Source of the DNA: Adineta vaga
Lineage: Eukaryota > Animalia > Rotifera
Length of the DNA: 64,000 bases
Assembly (NCBI GenBank): GCA_021613535.1
Contig: CP075496.1
Span: 5,704,001 to 5,768,000 of the forward strand
Direction: 5' to 3'
The notes beneath the pieces are model-generated. The model searched no databases, was not told the origin of the DNA, and worked only from the letters and a program-made list of their open reading frames with translations. Made by a program: the position numbers and the translations under genes. This document shows positions 47,949 to 62,100 of the stretch, piece after piece. Within the stretch, counting starts at the first letter, position 1, and each line of letters opens with the position of its first letter.

Positions 47949-49189
47949 TTAAATGCAATCTTTGCATAAAATTAAATTTCCATCTTGATAGAAACTTTCT
48001 TCGGCAATACATTTCTAAAAGAACAAAAACAAATTGTTTGTCTCTTCAGCTAACGAATGTTGAGTCTCTCTTCTCTTCTCTTCTTACCTGGCATTTTGAA
48101 CATGTAAAACATTCTTTATGCCAATATTTATCCTCAAATTCAAGGTATTCCACATCAGCAACAATTGCTTTTTGACAACGGCTACATCGTTTAGCATGCT
48201 TATCTTCATAACAATTAACACAGCACGGTTGACCATCAACCATCGAAATTTTCGATTGAGCCGATATTGGTTGTTTGCATGTAACACCTAAAATAACAAA
48301 AGATTCTTATGTATCGAAGAACACTAATCAGAATCCGATCATGTAGAATTAATTCGTTTCTTTTTTATTTGATACATACACAAGAAACAAGCGGCATGAT
48401 ATGATGCACCAGCGAATGTGATACCAGCTGATGTTATCACTGAACCACATTTACCACAACGTTTACGTGGAAAACGTCCTTCATGACATGATGAACATAA
48501 ATATTCATTATTGAATGGATAGAATTGTGATGTTATTCCTTTTCGACAATCAGCACAAGCAAAACAATCCGGCTAGAAAAGAAAAATATCAAGATGAAAA
48601 CTTAGATTTATTTTCTCTCGTTTTGTTTATTTAGAAATCATATCATACATGATATTGTTTGCCATCAAATTCAGTAATACCTAAGAAAACAACAAAATAT
48701 GATATCAAATCAAAGATGTAGAAGATAAAAAAAGATAAGAATCTCTAACTTACGAGATCCAGCTGGAAATGAGTTATGACAACTTGTACATGCACTAAAT
48801 AAATAACATAAATCAGTGATTTTCTTTTTATTTCAAAATGTTTTCTTTTGCTTTTCTATGAAACTATTCTTTCTACTGTACTCGATAACATTTCCTAAAA
48901 ATATATTCTTTTATTAGGTTATAATTATTTCTTGACGAAGACGCATGGGGGAGTACGAAAGGCAATGCTATCTATATATATTAGCCTTTCGTATATTGTC
49001 TATCGTCATCGTTACCAAAAAAGTAATCAACAAATAGTATCCGTTTTGTTACAAGTTACAAAAATCGACTGTTTGTTCTAGACATCTTGTTATACAGACA
49101 TTATACGTGATTATTTAGTTTTATGGACAAATTATTCAATATAGAAGAAAATAAAAGAAAATTCTTTTCATCATTTAAACTTACCTCAT
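47949..49189 (-). CDS. LIM-only protein with three LIM domains (FHL/Limpet-like), 6 coding exons
   Basis: ATGAG|gtaag at 49189, then CTSC..YHPDCFACADC..LCSSC, CGKC..YHAACFLCVTC..CCVNC and CSRC..WHKECFTCSKC..LCKDCI*. All junctions are in phase. Confidence 0.87.
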
Positions 49190-50875
49190 GATTTTGTATT
49201 TTTATGAATTTATCGAATAGAATAAAGATTCGATCTACAAAGTCAAATATCGAATTATTCAACGATTCGAAATCTTTTCAAGAGAAATATTAAATAAGTA
49301 GGAAATAGTTTGCGTTCTAACTGGGACAACTTCTTCGACTTAACTGAAAGTACAATAAGATAAATAGAAGGAGAAGAAGCAAAATAAGAGAAGGATAAAC
49401 GACCGGTTGATATGTATAACAAAACAATCTTATACAGATATCAACGATAGTTTGCTTAGCTTATTCTTTTAGTCAAAGACAACTCTACTGAATAAATGGT
49501 GCAGTTAACCATCCTTCTCATCTTTGTATATTCTAGCTATAACACACTCTGATTCGCATTTGTACAAGATAATATTCTCTCTCTCTTTCTCGTTTTCAGC
49601 TTTCAGCAAAGAGTGCAAATGCGTATATGATGCATAAGCATTTCTTCCTGTTTTGTTTTTATTTATGCTGTATTCTGGTATTTTCTTTCTTCTTTAAGTA
49701 ACGCAGAGAGAAAGAGAGAAAAGGCTTCTATCTCCTCCTTCTCATTGTCTTATGCTTACACTCAAATACACTGCTTAGCTAAAATAATGTTGTATTGTAT
49801 ATACAGAAGAACCTGCATTTTTTGGTGACAGACGTAACCAAAATACACAATGTGTTCTGTTTCTTTTTCGTACAATTTTGTCCTATGCTATCTTTCTCTT
49901 ATTTATGCCCTCCTAATGACATTTCTTTCTACGACAACACTAATTACCTCTATTTCAATTATATATGTATATTTATACATATATATATATATCTATTTTT
50001 TCTACTGATATACTGGTTGTATCTATCAAAAATAAAATACACCAAATCTTTTTTTTCTTCATTTCGAATATATTTGACACTCAGACTTAAGGAAAACAAG
50101 AAATGTCCTTGATTCTCTTTCTTTTCGATTATTTATCAATCTTATTTGATCAGTACTTGAGTAAACTAGAACAAAAAAACAACACTCACTAATCGATTTA
50201 GTTATTTATACTGGAAAAAAATTGAGAAGCATCATGCTGTAAAAAGGTTATTTGCTCTTTATTAATATCCAATGAAGAGATCAGTTAACTACAGGATACA
50301 AAAGATTTGCTGTTTTTACTACACTATAGTAGATTAAATAACCAGAACATAATTTGCGATTCATCTACTCTCAAAACAACTACAAAAAAAAAATAAACGA
50401 TGATTACATTGACCTTCAGTGTACCTATCCAAAGATATGCATTATAGATTTTATTTATTCGAACATCTCAATTAGAGTTTATTTAAAGTATTTCTTTCGA
50501 ATGTAGCAATTACATTCATATAATCGGAAGTTGATTTGTATGAAATATCGAAAGCAATTATGACAGAACTAATAATGTTCTACTTCTTATTACTGAAAAA
50601 CAATATTTAGTCACTCAAATGTTTCAATTCTCTTCTTCTTTACCAAAACATCTGTTAATGAAAAGTGTTAACAGCAACTAGAGATTTGTTTACATCAATG
50701 TACTACATCAATTGATGAACAAAATGAGATACAATATTACATCGAAAGAATGCTACAAACGTCAAGGTCAAATCACATTCTTTTATTAATAATCAAATGT
50801 TACATAAAACAAAAATGCAAATTTTTTCAGATATTTAAAAATTCAATATAAAATTCATATGAGATGAATAATTGA

Positions 50876-50909
50876 TCGTCGTCGTCGTCGTCTCTCTCTC
50901 TCTCTCTCT
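50876..50909. repeat. Compound microsatellite (TCG)n-(TC)n
   Basis: tcgtcgtcgtcgtcg followed by tctctctc..., read directly. Confidence 0.75.
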
Positions 50910-51423
50910 TCTACATCGAACAACTATTTTATTATTTATAAGAAATATAAAATTGAACAAGTTACTAAGACTTTGATAGTAAACTGATAACAGTGATGAT
51001 ATGTTTGGTGTAGATAACAGTAGAGAGTCTAACATGATGACAGATCAAATAATTGGTTAGATAGAAGTTTTCTTTTCAAGTAAAAAAAAAGGTTTGATGT
51101 GATGTCTGGGTAAAGCATTCCTATAATCTCAACTATTGTTTCATTCAATTCGTTATTGAGAAATATGAGAGTAATGTCTCTCTTTTTTTAAATAATATTT
51201 GATAAACTTACGGGATATTTTGTCGTGAGTTCATTCGTAAACATCTAAATACATTTCGTAATGAACTACAAGATCGTTGATCAGATGTCGAGGACATGTT
51301 GAGTTTGTAAATTATTTTGAGAATCATTAATGTTAAGTCTCGTCATAAGCAGTCGGGAGTAAAGTAAACTAAATCCCATCGTTATTGCCACCGTACTGTC
51401 ATATGTCTCACATTCTTAACGTG

Positions 51424-51444
51424 TATATATATATATATATATAT
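51424..51444. repeat. (TA)n microsatellite
   Basis: About 10 TA units. Confidence 0.8.
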
Positions 51445-52110
51445 TTATACGTCTAAGCGAAGCTGTTATGAAGGTTGGTATAGAGAAGAAAAAAAATATA
51501 GGCATTAGTCAACCTGGTAACGCCGTATTTAGATAAAGCAAAAGGGATTTAACGGCACATCAACTGTGTGCCAAAACAAAATCGACGATGATGATTTATG
51601 TAGTTAGTTATCTATAAATATATATTATATTCGAGACGATTAACAATAATACTGATGACCATAAATTTCATCTTAATTGCTAATTTTATTGGTAATAATC
51701 AATCAAATCTCATTAATATAGATTGCTTTGAAAGAGTTACAGATGATTAGGATGATTATCAATTCTATTCCATCGATAGATGACGTAGCTTGATAGTGGT
51801 CATTGATCTCTATCTGCAGGAAGAGAAAGAAAGAAAGAAATTTGATTAAAAAAATCCACCAATGAAAAGCTAATGTCAATTGCCCGACATGTGTGTTTAT
51901 TTGTCTGTTCGTTCAATCGTATGTCCGTTCCGTCGTAGCGTTAGCGTTACGTGTAGCCTCGAGTTTATTTAGATATTTCTTTGTTTTATATCTTAATACT
52001 CAGTTTTCTTCTCTTTTATAGAATGAGCCTAGCTGTAAATAAAACATGTCACATGCGAATGGATTTTACATAATAGCATAACCTTTATTCCATACAACGA
52101 CTGCAACACA

Positions 52111-55100
52111 ATGATATTTAACGATCAGATTTTTGTTTATTTTTTTCTTATCTTTCAATTCGTCTTCATTTTCCTTATCAATTCAACAACAATCCATGAA
52201 CTCAACGAAGCTGTCTTCCTTGAACCACGTACTCATTCAGCATTGATACGATGTCCATTAGATTTTACACATAGTTCAGATATTCAATGGTATGACGTCG
52301 CCAATCGTCGTTATGAATCAGACCGTGGACGATATTATCGTATCAATGGTACTCAACCATTTGACCGAGAATTTATCTGCTCAACTATATCTCAAACAGG
52401 AGCTGGAAGTAATGAAAAATATCGCATTAAAATTCGTACATACGGTAAGATATGGAAAAAGAAGAAGAATAGAATGGTTAGAAGTTGACACTTTTAATTA
52501 GCATCAAAGAAAATTTTTGAATATTAGTTGAACGTCAGTATTTTGTATAAAAATGAGATAATCATCTGTCATCATGATAAAGATTGAAGATAATGATAAT
52601 ATATCAAATAATTATGCATAGTATTTGTGGTTTTTTTCGTAAATCAAATTCTCATTTCCTTACCAATTTATTTAGATCATCCTTTAAATGTTCGTCATGT
52701 TTCTTTTCGAAATATAACTAATACAAGTTTAACTGTTGATTGGGAAGATGATAATTACAATCGAAATGCTAATATTACCTATTATGAATTAGTTTTAAAG
52801 TAAGAAAATTTCGAATAATTGAATTATATTGAATTGCATACATTTGTTTGTTTTCCATTAGATTTAATAATACAATACAATATCGAACACTAGTCAATGG
52901 AACATTATCAACATATACATTTCCATCCTTACATCCAAATACACTCTATTCAATTGATATATCAGCCGTTGATATTTGGAAACGTTATAGTGGTAGTGTA
53001 ACTATAAATACGACAACACTTTCATCAAATAGCAATGAATTTAAAAAATCTTATCAGTTAATTGATCGACATTTAATTGAACAATCAGTTACATGTTATC
53101 GTCTTGATAATCAAATATTATTAGTCGAATTTAATCGTAGTCAATTTTTATCAGCAAATTATATATATAATATAACAATTTACGATTATCAGGATCATGT
53201 TGCTTTTACTGATAATCATTATGATACACAAAAGCAACAATTTACATCAAGTGAAACATTAAATGCATTTATTTATCGTTTAAAACGAAAAAGTTTAACA
53301 TTTAAAATCAAATTTATCTTTTCAACAAATCAATTTGAATATATTGAAACAATTGTCAAATATTGTGACGATTTCTATCCTATCTATGCACCATTAACTT
53401 GTTCAATTAAATCATCAGGACCAACTAATTATCATCTAATGATACATATGCAATTGTACAATACCGATAAACAAATTTATTCATTAAAACCAAATAATGT
53501 TTTTTATCGTACAAGTCGAACACATTTTATTAAGAAAAATATTTATGATATTCATAAAGTGAGTTTTTCAAAACTTCACGATCCGAATTCAAATAGATAC
53601 TGTATTGTACTTGATCAAATGAGAATATAGGAAAGAAATGAACACTAAACTATAAAGTACCTAACTTGCTTTTCTTTCTGATCAAAACATATGTTCGAGA
53701 TTTCTTAACATAAAAATATGGTTAGAATCTCTGAAGCTAGTTTATTGCAAGAAAACATTTGATAATTATCCTTCTTACCCCCAAATACAAGACTTAAACA
53801 AAAATAAATCATTAGCATTCTATACGCATTCTAATTCGGGTAGTACACAGACCGTATTTTCTTTTTATGACTTGTGCTTGTAACTATATGAAAACATACT
53901 GAATAAAGACATCTGTCAACGTAGATGTACCCGACCACGAACGATAGAGAACAATCTTTTATGATTGACTCGAGACAATGATTTCCGTGCCAGACTTATT
54001 CCCATGACGATAGATTCATTCCAATAGGTTAATAGTAATCACATCGAATGCGTGTGATTGATGTTTTATAAGAAAGAAAAAAAAAAAGAAATGATTTTTT
54101 TTATCATTCGTCATGAAATGATTGTTTTATATTAAGAGTGTCTTCTTCTTCTAATATGAAAATTTATTTTTATAGTATGTTAGTGCAAATGTAATTGATG
54201 TGAAAGATAATTATTCAGTTATTGTTGAAAATGATCTTATCGATAGTAATTCGAATGAAAAAGTCAATGTGTCAATACTCTGTCCAATTACTCGAATAGG
54301 TTTGATGATAATTTCTTTGATGCTTTGTTTTTTTATTATTATTTTTCTTTTGATTTATTTCTTCCAGCAGCTGTTCCACGAGCAAGTGTTAAACGAGAAA
54401 ATCGAATACTCGGCGGAGTCATTGCTGGCCTTGTTTTATCCATTATTAGTCTAACAGCTCTTGCATTTTTTATCGCCTATCGAAAGTAAGATTTTCCTCA
54501 AAAATGAAACGAATGTGTGATGAAGACGTTTTGTTCTATTAATAAATAAATAGAGGACTCATGCCGGATTGTCGTCGAATGATTCTTCATTATGTCTATC
54601 TAATTCGTAAAAAACATCATCCACGATCAAATCTTGTACAAATAAATGGTTCGATCGATGGCAATGGTAGTAATGGAACTAGTGTTGATTATTTCGAAGG
54701 GAACCATAGTAAATTGAAAACATAGATTTTCATTCGATTGTACAAAGAAAATGTTTACCTTTTTCTTTCAGAAGAATTTGATTCAACATCAATACCAATT
54801 AATCAATTTTCTGGTTATGTTGCCCGTATGCATAAAGATGGCGATTTTGGTTTTGTTCGTTTATTTGAAGTTTGTATCAACTGAACAAATCAGATTGAAT
54901 TAGAAATTCATTTATTATTTAGGATATTTGTGAAGTATCAAAAAGTTATACATTTCCAGCTGATGTCTCTCAACTCGAGTATAATAAATCAAAAAATCGT
55001 TATACAAATATACTAACATGTAAGTTCTATCGAAAGGAAACTAATCTAATGATAGAATTACTTTTCTGTGCTTATTTAGATGATCATTCTCGTGTCAAAT

Positions 55101-57495
55101 TATCAAGTGAAGATCGAGAAGGACGAGGAAATTATATCAATGCGAATTATGTCGATGTAAATAGAAAGAAAATAGTATTTAAAGATTGAATATTTTTAAA
55201 TTTAGGGTCATCAAAAAGCAAATGCCTATATTGCTACACAAGGACCAATGCCAAATACAATAAATGATTTTTGGTAATTGATAGAATCTTTTTCTTTTTT
55301 TTGCTAAAACAATATATGATTTTGTATTTTTTTAGGAGAATGATCTGGGAAAAAGATGTTAGTGTATTAGTTATGATTACGAATATTAAAGAACGTGGAA
55401 GAGTAAGTGTGATTTTATTTGATTGAGGTTCCGTTTCTAGAAATAATTTCTATGTAGGTTAAATGTGATTTATATTGGCCACAAGAAGGTACTGAAACGT
55501 ATGGTACTATACAAGTGACATTAGTCAGTACAATTCCATTTGCTTATTATGTTAAACGAATATTTTCAATTCGATGTAAAGCTAATCGAAAGGTATAGAA
55601 TCATTTTGTCGGTTTTCTTGACACGTTTTGAGTTAGTTCAAAAACAAAACTTTCTCAAAGATAGATAAGATTAAAACATACGATAAATGATTTATTTATG
55701 TATTTAGCGTATCACATATGAACGGCTTGTTCATCAATTTCATTATACTGATTGGCCAGATCATGGTGTTCCACTATTTACTTTACCTGTTCTTTCTTTT
55801 ATTCGTCGTTCATCTGCATGTAACCCTGAATCAGGTGGACCGATTGTTGTTCATTGTTCGGCAGGTGTTGGTCGTACAGGAACATACATTGTTGTTGATA
55901 CCATGTTAAAAAAGATACGTGAACAACAATCATTAAATATTCCATCATTTCTAAAACATATTCGACAACAACGAAATTTTCTTGTACAAACAGAAGAACA
56001 ATTTATCTTTATCTATGATGTTTTACTTGAAGCTATTCAATTATTAAATATTGGTTATAATGATTTAGAATTGAATGAACAAAACTTTGATTATATTATT
56101 CAAATGTTAGATTATTTTGACAAAGATTCGAATTTAACACGTTTAGATAAACAATTTCAATTGATACTATCACAAACGAAAACCAATGATTATCAACAAA
56201 CAGTTGGACAAATGGAAGAAAACTTAAATAAAAATCGAACACAAGCGATTTTACCATTCAATCCTTGTCGAGTTTTACTTTCAACTGAAAGAAAACAAAC
56301 AGGTGGAGAATACATCAATGCATCATATATGCATGTAAGTGTTTTTTGGACTCTGTGTGTGTGTTTTATTCAAAGTATTTATAATAAATATTTGTAGGGT
56401 TGTCATCGAGTCGATGAATTTATCGTTACTCAACATCCAATGATGAATACAATCACTGATTTTTGGCAAATGATTTGGAATACAAACACAAGTATCATTG
56501 TTTCATTATATGCCGATGAAAAATCTCAAGTAGATATTTTTGATAATAATAAAAACTGAGTTAAACATTTGTCTTCGTTTATTTTAGCCGGATGTACCTG
56601 ATTTTTGGCCATTGCCAAGTCAAGTAATGGATTGCGGAAGTTTTAGTGTTTGTCTGATTGATGAACGATTTGAATGTGAATATATCTATCGAGATTTTCT
56701 TCTTCAATCAACAGAAGTAAGATTTAAATATTCGTAGATATGTTTCTATAGCTTGATGTTCTATTTTAAGGAGGACTATGAATTACGAGTAAAAATTGTT
56801 TCAAGTACATATTGGCCAGATGCATGTTCACCTCTGAAAGCATCATTCAATCTAATTAATACGATAAGAAAACTTCGTATGAATATTAAATCGAATAGTC
56901 CAATTGTTGTACATGATCTTTTTGGTGGTCATCGAGCTGGTTAGTTATCTTATTCTTTTCTTTACATGTAATGTTTGATTTATTTAGCTACTTTTTGTGC
57001 TTTATACACAATAACTGAACAAATGGAAGTGGAGGGAATATTAAATATCTATGAATTAGCTAAACTTTATCATATTAAACGCCCAGGCATTTGGCGACAT
57101 AATGTAAGTAGAAAAATTTGATTATAAATCATGCAATTTTGAATGAGTTATTTGTCTTTCAGGGTGATTTATTCTTTTTATATCGTTGTGCTGAAATACT
57201 TTTTCGTGAATTGAAATTACCTAATACATATAGTCAAAATCAAACATCAAGTTATCATCGTCGATATTTACCGCATCAATATATTCCATCTCAACCGTTA
57301 GATGAACCTGTGCCAATTTCATCCTATGCTTCAACATCTACTCAACCAACATCTACATCTTCAACTTCATCCGCGTTTGCAAATGTTGCTCAGACTGTTA
57401 TGGATTCATTTTCAAAACGTCGTCAAAAATCTCGTAGTTATCGTTCTCAAACGTTAAAAAAAATTCTCTTTCTCAATAACGAATCGCCACTTTAA
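52111..57495 (+). CDS. Receptor protein-tyrosine phosphatase, PTP99A/PTPRG-like (Ig-like, FN3, TM, active D1, inactive D2)
   Basis: Signal peptide, Ig-like (IRCP..IQWY..FICS), FN3 ([24 protein letters not shown]) and TM. D1 has [29 protein letters not shown] and QTEEQ. D2 has [11 protein letters not shown], with the Cys-to-Asp change typical of the PTP99A/R5 group. Confidence 0.9.
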
Positions 57496-59193
57496 TGGTT
57501 GCTAAAACATCTGTTAGGAAATATTGTTTGACTTTTTTTTCTTGTATATAATTGTTTTCTCGTGTAATTAGCATAGTCGTTTGATCTTTTTTTTCTTTTT
57601 TAAACAGTGTGTGCATTCGTCATCGTTGTTGTTGTTGTTTTTAGTGTTACGCTATTATAATTTTATTGTTCGATCGGTCGTTCGTTTCTCTTATATTGTG
57701 TCAGATATATTTACATACTATTGCTAGAGGGTCATGTTGTAATATGTTCAATTTGATTTTGTTTTTGACGTTGTATGTGAGTAATAATAGAAAACCTTAT
57801 TATAAAACTGTTCATTTTAATGAAGACATAACTCAACGAAATTCGGACCAATATCATATAGAAAGAAGAAAGACATTCGAAATCAGTCACATTAACATTT
57901 GATATCGATATTCTTTAAGAAGAAAAAAAAATGAAGAATAACAATCAGAAATATATGTATGAAGAAAGATTTGAAACTCACATCACACTTTTAAACGCAT
58001 CTTTAATGACACTTGAAAGTGCTCATCATTTGAAGCGTTTGTGCATTTCTTTGTTTGTTATAATCAATCGGAGACATTGTCTACTATTGAGGTTAAAAGA
58101 AAACAAATGAAACAATTTTGATTGGAAGATTTATACAGTTATCGATGATGACAGCTCTTCAACATGTTCTGACAGTTATGTGTAAAACGAATGTTTGTCT
58201 TATAAAAGGACGAATTTACAAGACGAGATCATTTTTTTTTGAACAAATTAAATAGAAACTTAAAGAGAATTATAGAGGGAATAATTAATACTGAAACACA
58301 CGGTTCATTCTATTGTCAAAATGTGCATTCAATCTAAAGTGATTTGAAAAGTAAGTGAACCAAATTTATCTCTTTTATTCGGTCGTTTTGTATAAATATA
58401 AAAATAATAGAATAAGAGTTCGATCAATATACTCTAAAATCATTATAAAATATAAATGATCAAGACAAACTGAGTGAAAACTCATGAAGCCGATGAGAAG
58501 GTTTTGATTGAATAGAATACTCGAGATACTTATATTTTGTCATAAAAAAAAGTTATAATCGACGAGAATAGGAGTCAAAAACCTTGAGTATAGTGACGAG
58601 AACATGATACGCTGCTCATTAAAACACGTCCTTATTTACTCTCAAAAATTGAAACCAACATTTCATTTCTTGATAATTATCTTCTAATAAAAAACTGAAA
58701 TCAAATGTGATCTTCATTCATTCATTCATAAAACACATCTATGAGAAATTCTTCATCTTCATTATAACAGTGCGACATCTATAAGCATATGAATGAAATA
58801 GATAATTATCATTTGTATCAAATAAAAATATTTTTTCGTCCATGAATAATCCTTAATAATAATCAAATTTTTCTTTTCATATCACTTTTTATCCATCAAA
58901 TATCATTGCAAAAATGTCCACCTGTACTGTCTAGATATATTTTTTTTCTTTCTAAAAACACATGCACACATGCTTCACCTTTCTCTCTAGAGTAATTCGT
59001 CTGCTTATATTCCGTCCGCAATCAATCATATAAATTTACACTCGTTTCGTTTTTATTATCAATAATTACTATCAAAAAAATACATTTTTCATCACTTATT
59101 CAACGTTAATTCTTAACGTCAGGTAAATTAATGACGTTTTTGTTTTATTTTCCTTTTCTTTTATTCGTTAATTTTTAGTTTAAAAAAAAATAA

Positions 59194-62100
59194 ATGACTT
59201 CTACTGAAGACGAAGATCCCTATGCTCAAATTGCTCGATTACATTCAGCAAATTTACAAGCTGCTGAATATGGTTTAGCATTAATTGATGAAAAAAAACT
59301 TTTAGAATTGAAACATAATGACTTAGAAAATCAACATGAATTACTTAAATTAGAATATGAACAATTAAAGAGTCAATTGAAAACATTTCAAGCTCATAAA
59401 CGTGAAGAAACATTAAAAGGTGAAACGAATGAAGAAACACTTTTACATGAAAAACAAACACGTGAAGAATATCTTATGAAAGAAATTACACGTTATGAAC
59501 ATGATTTACGTGTATTAAAACATGATAATGAACGTTTACAATTGGATAATGAAAAAATGTCATCAACTTTTCAAGAATTAACTGATCGAATTCATGAATT
59601 AGATGAGTTAAAAGTTAAATTAAAATATGAATTAAAAGAAACGAAAGCACAAGAACAAAGATTGATTGATGCAAATACTGAATTGGAAGATGACAATGTT
59701 GCATTACAACAGCAAGTACAAAAATTAAGAGAAAATCTTATTGATTTCGATGGATTAAAACATGAAAATAAACAGTTACAAGAAAATGTAAGTTGAATTT
59801 GAGAAAACAAAACTGTATCGACATGAATGATCATTAATCTTGTTAACAACTAATCATTTCACACATCTTTGATAACAGTAAGATAAAGATAATACAGAGA
59901 ATCTCTTCATAGAAGATATAGAATGACGAGTGACATTTAAAACTTGTTTATTCAACATGATCAAAGAGAAATGAGAATCAATAAATCGAAGATTTGATCA
60001 GATTCAACAATATGAGTAATATATTAATTCAGAATAAACGATCTCAAGGTAATATACTGATAAGAAGACATTCCAGAGAAAGAAATATCATTTATGAGCT
60101 GTAGTCATGAGTCTTTAATGTATATACTTTGTTGAAATGTGTCATCATTGATGTCTGTCTCTTGAGAGTAGATAGGAATAATTCACATAGGAAACATTTA
60201 TTACGATGAACAAAAGAGAATAGTAGTAACCATTCATAGAATTAGGATTCAATCTTTTTCTGATTATTTGCTATAGATAAGGTTTATAGTAGTGAATTTC
60301 GATTGAGATTTATTTTCCACATAATCTTTGTACAATTGTCCATTAATCTTGACACACAGGCAGGATATTCCTTCTTCCTTCCATTCACCGGATATACAGG
60401 AAAGACGAGATTTCCTTTAATAAGTTCATGTTTGTCTACTTGAAATTAAATGATATTTAACACCTGCGCTTTACATTTCTCTTCCGGATGTTTATCTTTT
60501 TCTATTCTTCTGTCTAGAATTATAACTAAAATTCATAGAAAACTAAAGTCTATCGAATCTATTCTTTTCATAATTTTCATGATTTTGTCTTATTTAGATT
60601 GATGATGTCCATCGTATGATGAAAGAACTTGAATCTCTTAAAGCAATTGCTGAATCTCAATTGATCGAATTACATAATAGTCTTCGTGATGAACGAGAAC
60701 AAAAACATATCTATAAACAACAACTCGATCATCGAATTCAACAAGTATTCAATCTCATTTTACAAAAAATACTTTTCATCATTTGAATTTCGTTTCTTTT
60801 CTAGGAATCTCGTCGAAATTTAGATTCATTACGTATGACATTAAATGGTCTTGGTGGAACTCATACAGATGATGATTATTTAATTGAGGGTGATGATGAT
60901 GAAATTGAAGATGATGATACTAGTCGTGTTCCATCATCAACTGAATACAGTGATATGCTCGAGAATGATCAACAAGAACAACAACCTGTGGGCAATTTGT
61001 TTAGTGAAATTCATGGTAATGAAATACGTAAACTTGAACTTGAATGTGTTCAATTATCTCAAATTAAATCTTCACTCGATAATCAATTATTAATCATTAA
61101 TGAAAAAACGAAAATTCTCTCGCATAAAACTCAACATTTAATGGAAATTATTTCTCCAAATAAATCTCAAACATCAGAATCAAATTCCGATGATACAAAT
61201 GATTTATTAACAATAACATTAGATTCCATTGAACAACTTGATGTAATTATTAATAAAAATCTTCATCTTTTTAATGGTGATCAAGATTTATTGAAAAAGA
61301 AATCTGACGATCAAGAAAATCAAATCATTAAATTAAAACAAGATACAAATGTTTTAATGAAACAATGTAATGATTCTCAAACATTATTCAATAAAAATAA
61401 CGATTATCTAGTAAGCATCAAAACAACAATGGAATTGTTTTATCATTGATATGTTGACTTCTTTTCTTTTCTTTTCTAGTTAAATTTAAGTGAAGAATTA
61501 GAAACACTTTACAAATATTTCTTTACTTCACTTGGTTTATCTGCGCCAGCAAATGATTTCGAAGGAAGAAAACAACAATTATTAAATTCAAATAATAAAA
61601 TTATTGATCCATCAATTAATCAACAACTTCTAGAAATACTTCAAGAACAAGTTAAACAATTTCGACAATCATTCGATCATGTTTTACAACAGATGAAACA
61701 AAAACCAAAAGAACATTCCTCTACTAATGAAACAACATCTTCAACTAATGAACTACCTAATGATACTAAAGAATTACAAGATCAAGTAAGAAAAACGACT
61801 ATTGCCGTTCTAGTAATATCTATTCGATGATTTATTTAGATAATCAAATTACGATCATTATTAACAACTAAACGTGAACAAATTGGTACATTACGTACAG
61901 TTCTCAAAGCAAATAAACAAACAGCTGAAGTTGCATTAGCTAATTTGAAATCGAAATATGAAAATGAAAAATTAATTGTCACAGAAACAATGTCGAAATT
62001 ACGTAATGAATTAAAATCTTTGAAAGAAGATGCAGCAACATTTGCATCATTACGTGCAATGTTTGCAGCACGTTGTGATGAATATGTTACACAATTAGAT

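Noticed and set aside
54364-54370. NAGNAG (CAGCAG) tandem acceptor in the PTP gene
   Set aside because: Would change a single Ala. This is common and probably splicing noise.
56905-56940. PTP D2 lacking the catalytic Cys (VVHDLFGG)
   Set aside because: Normal for the PTP99A/PTPRG/PTPRZ group, so not novel.
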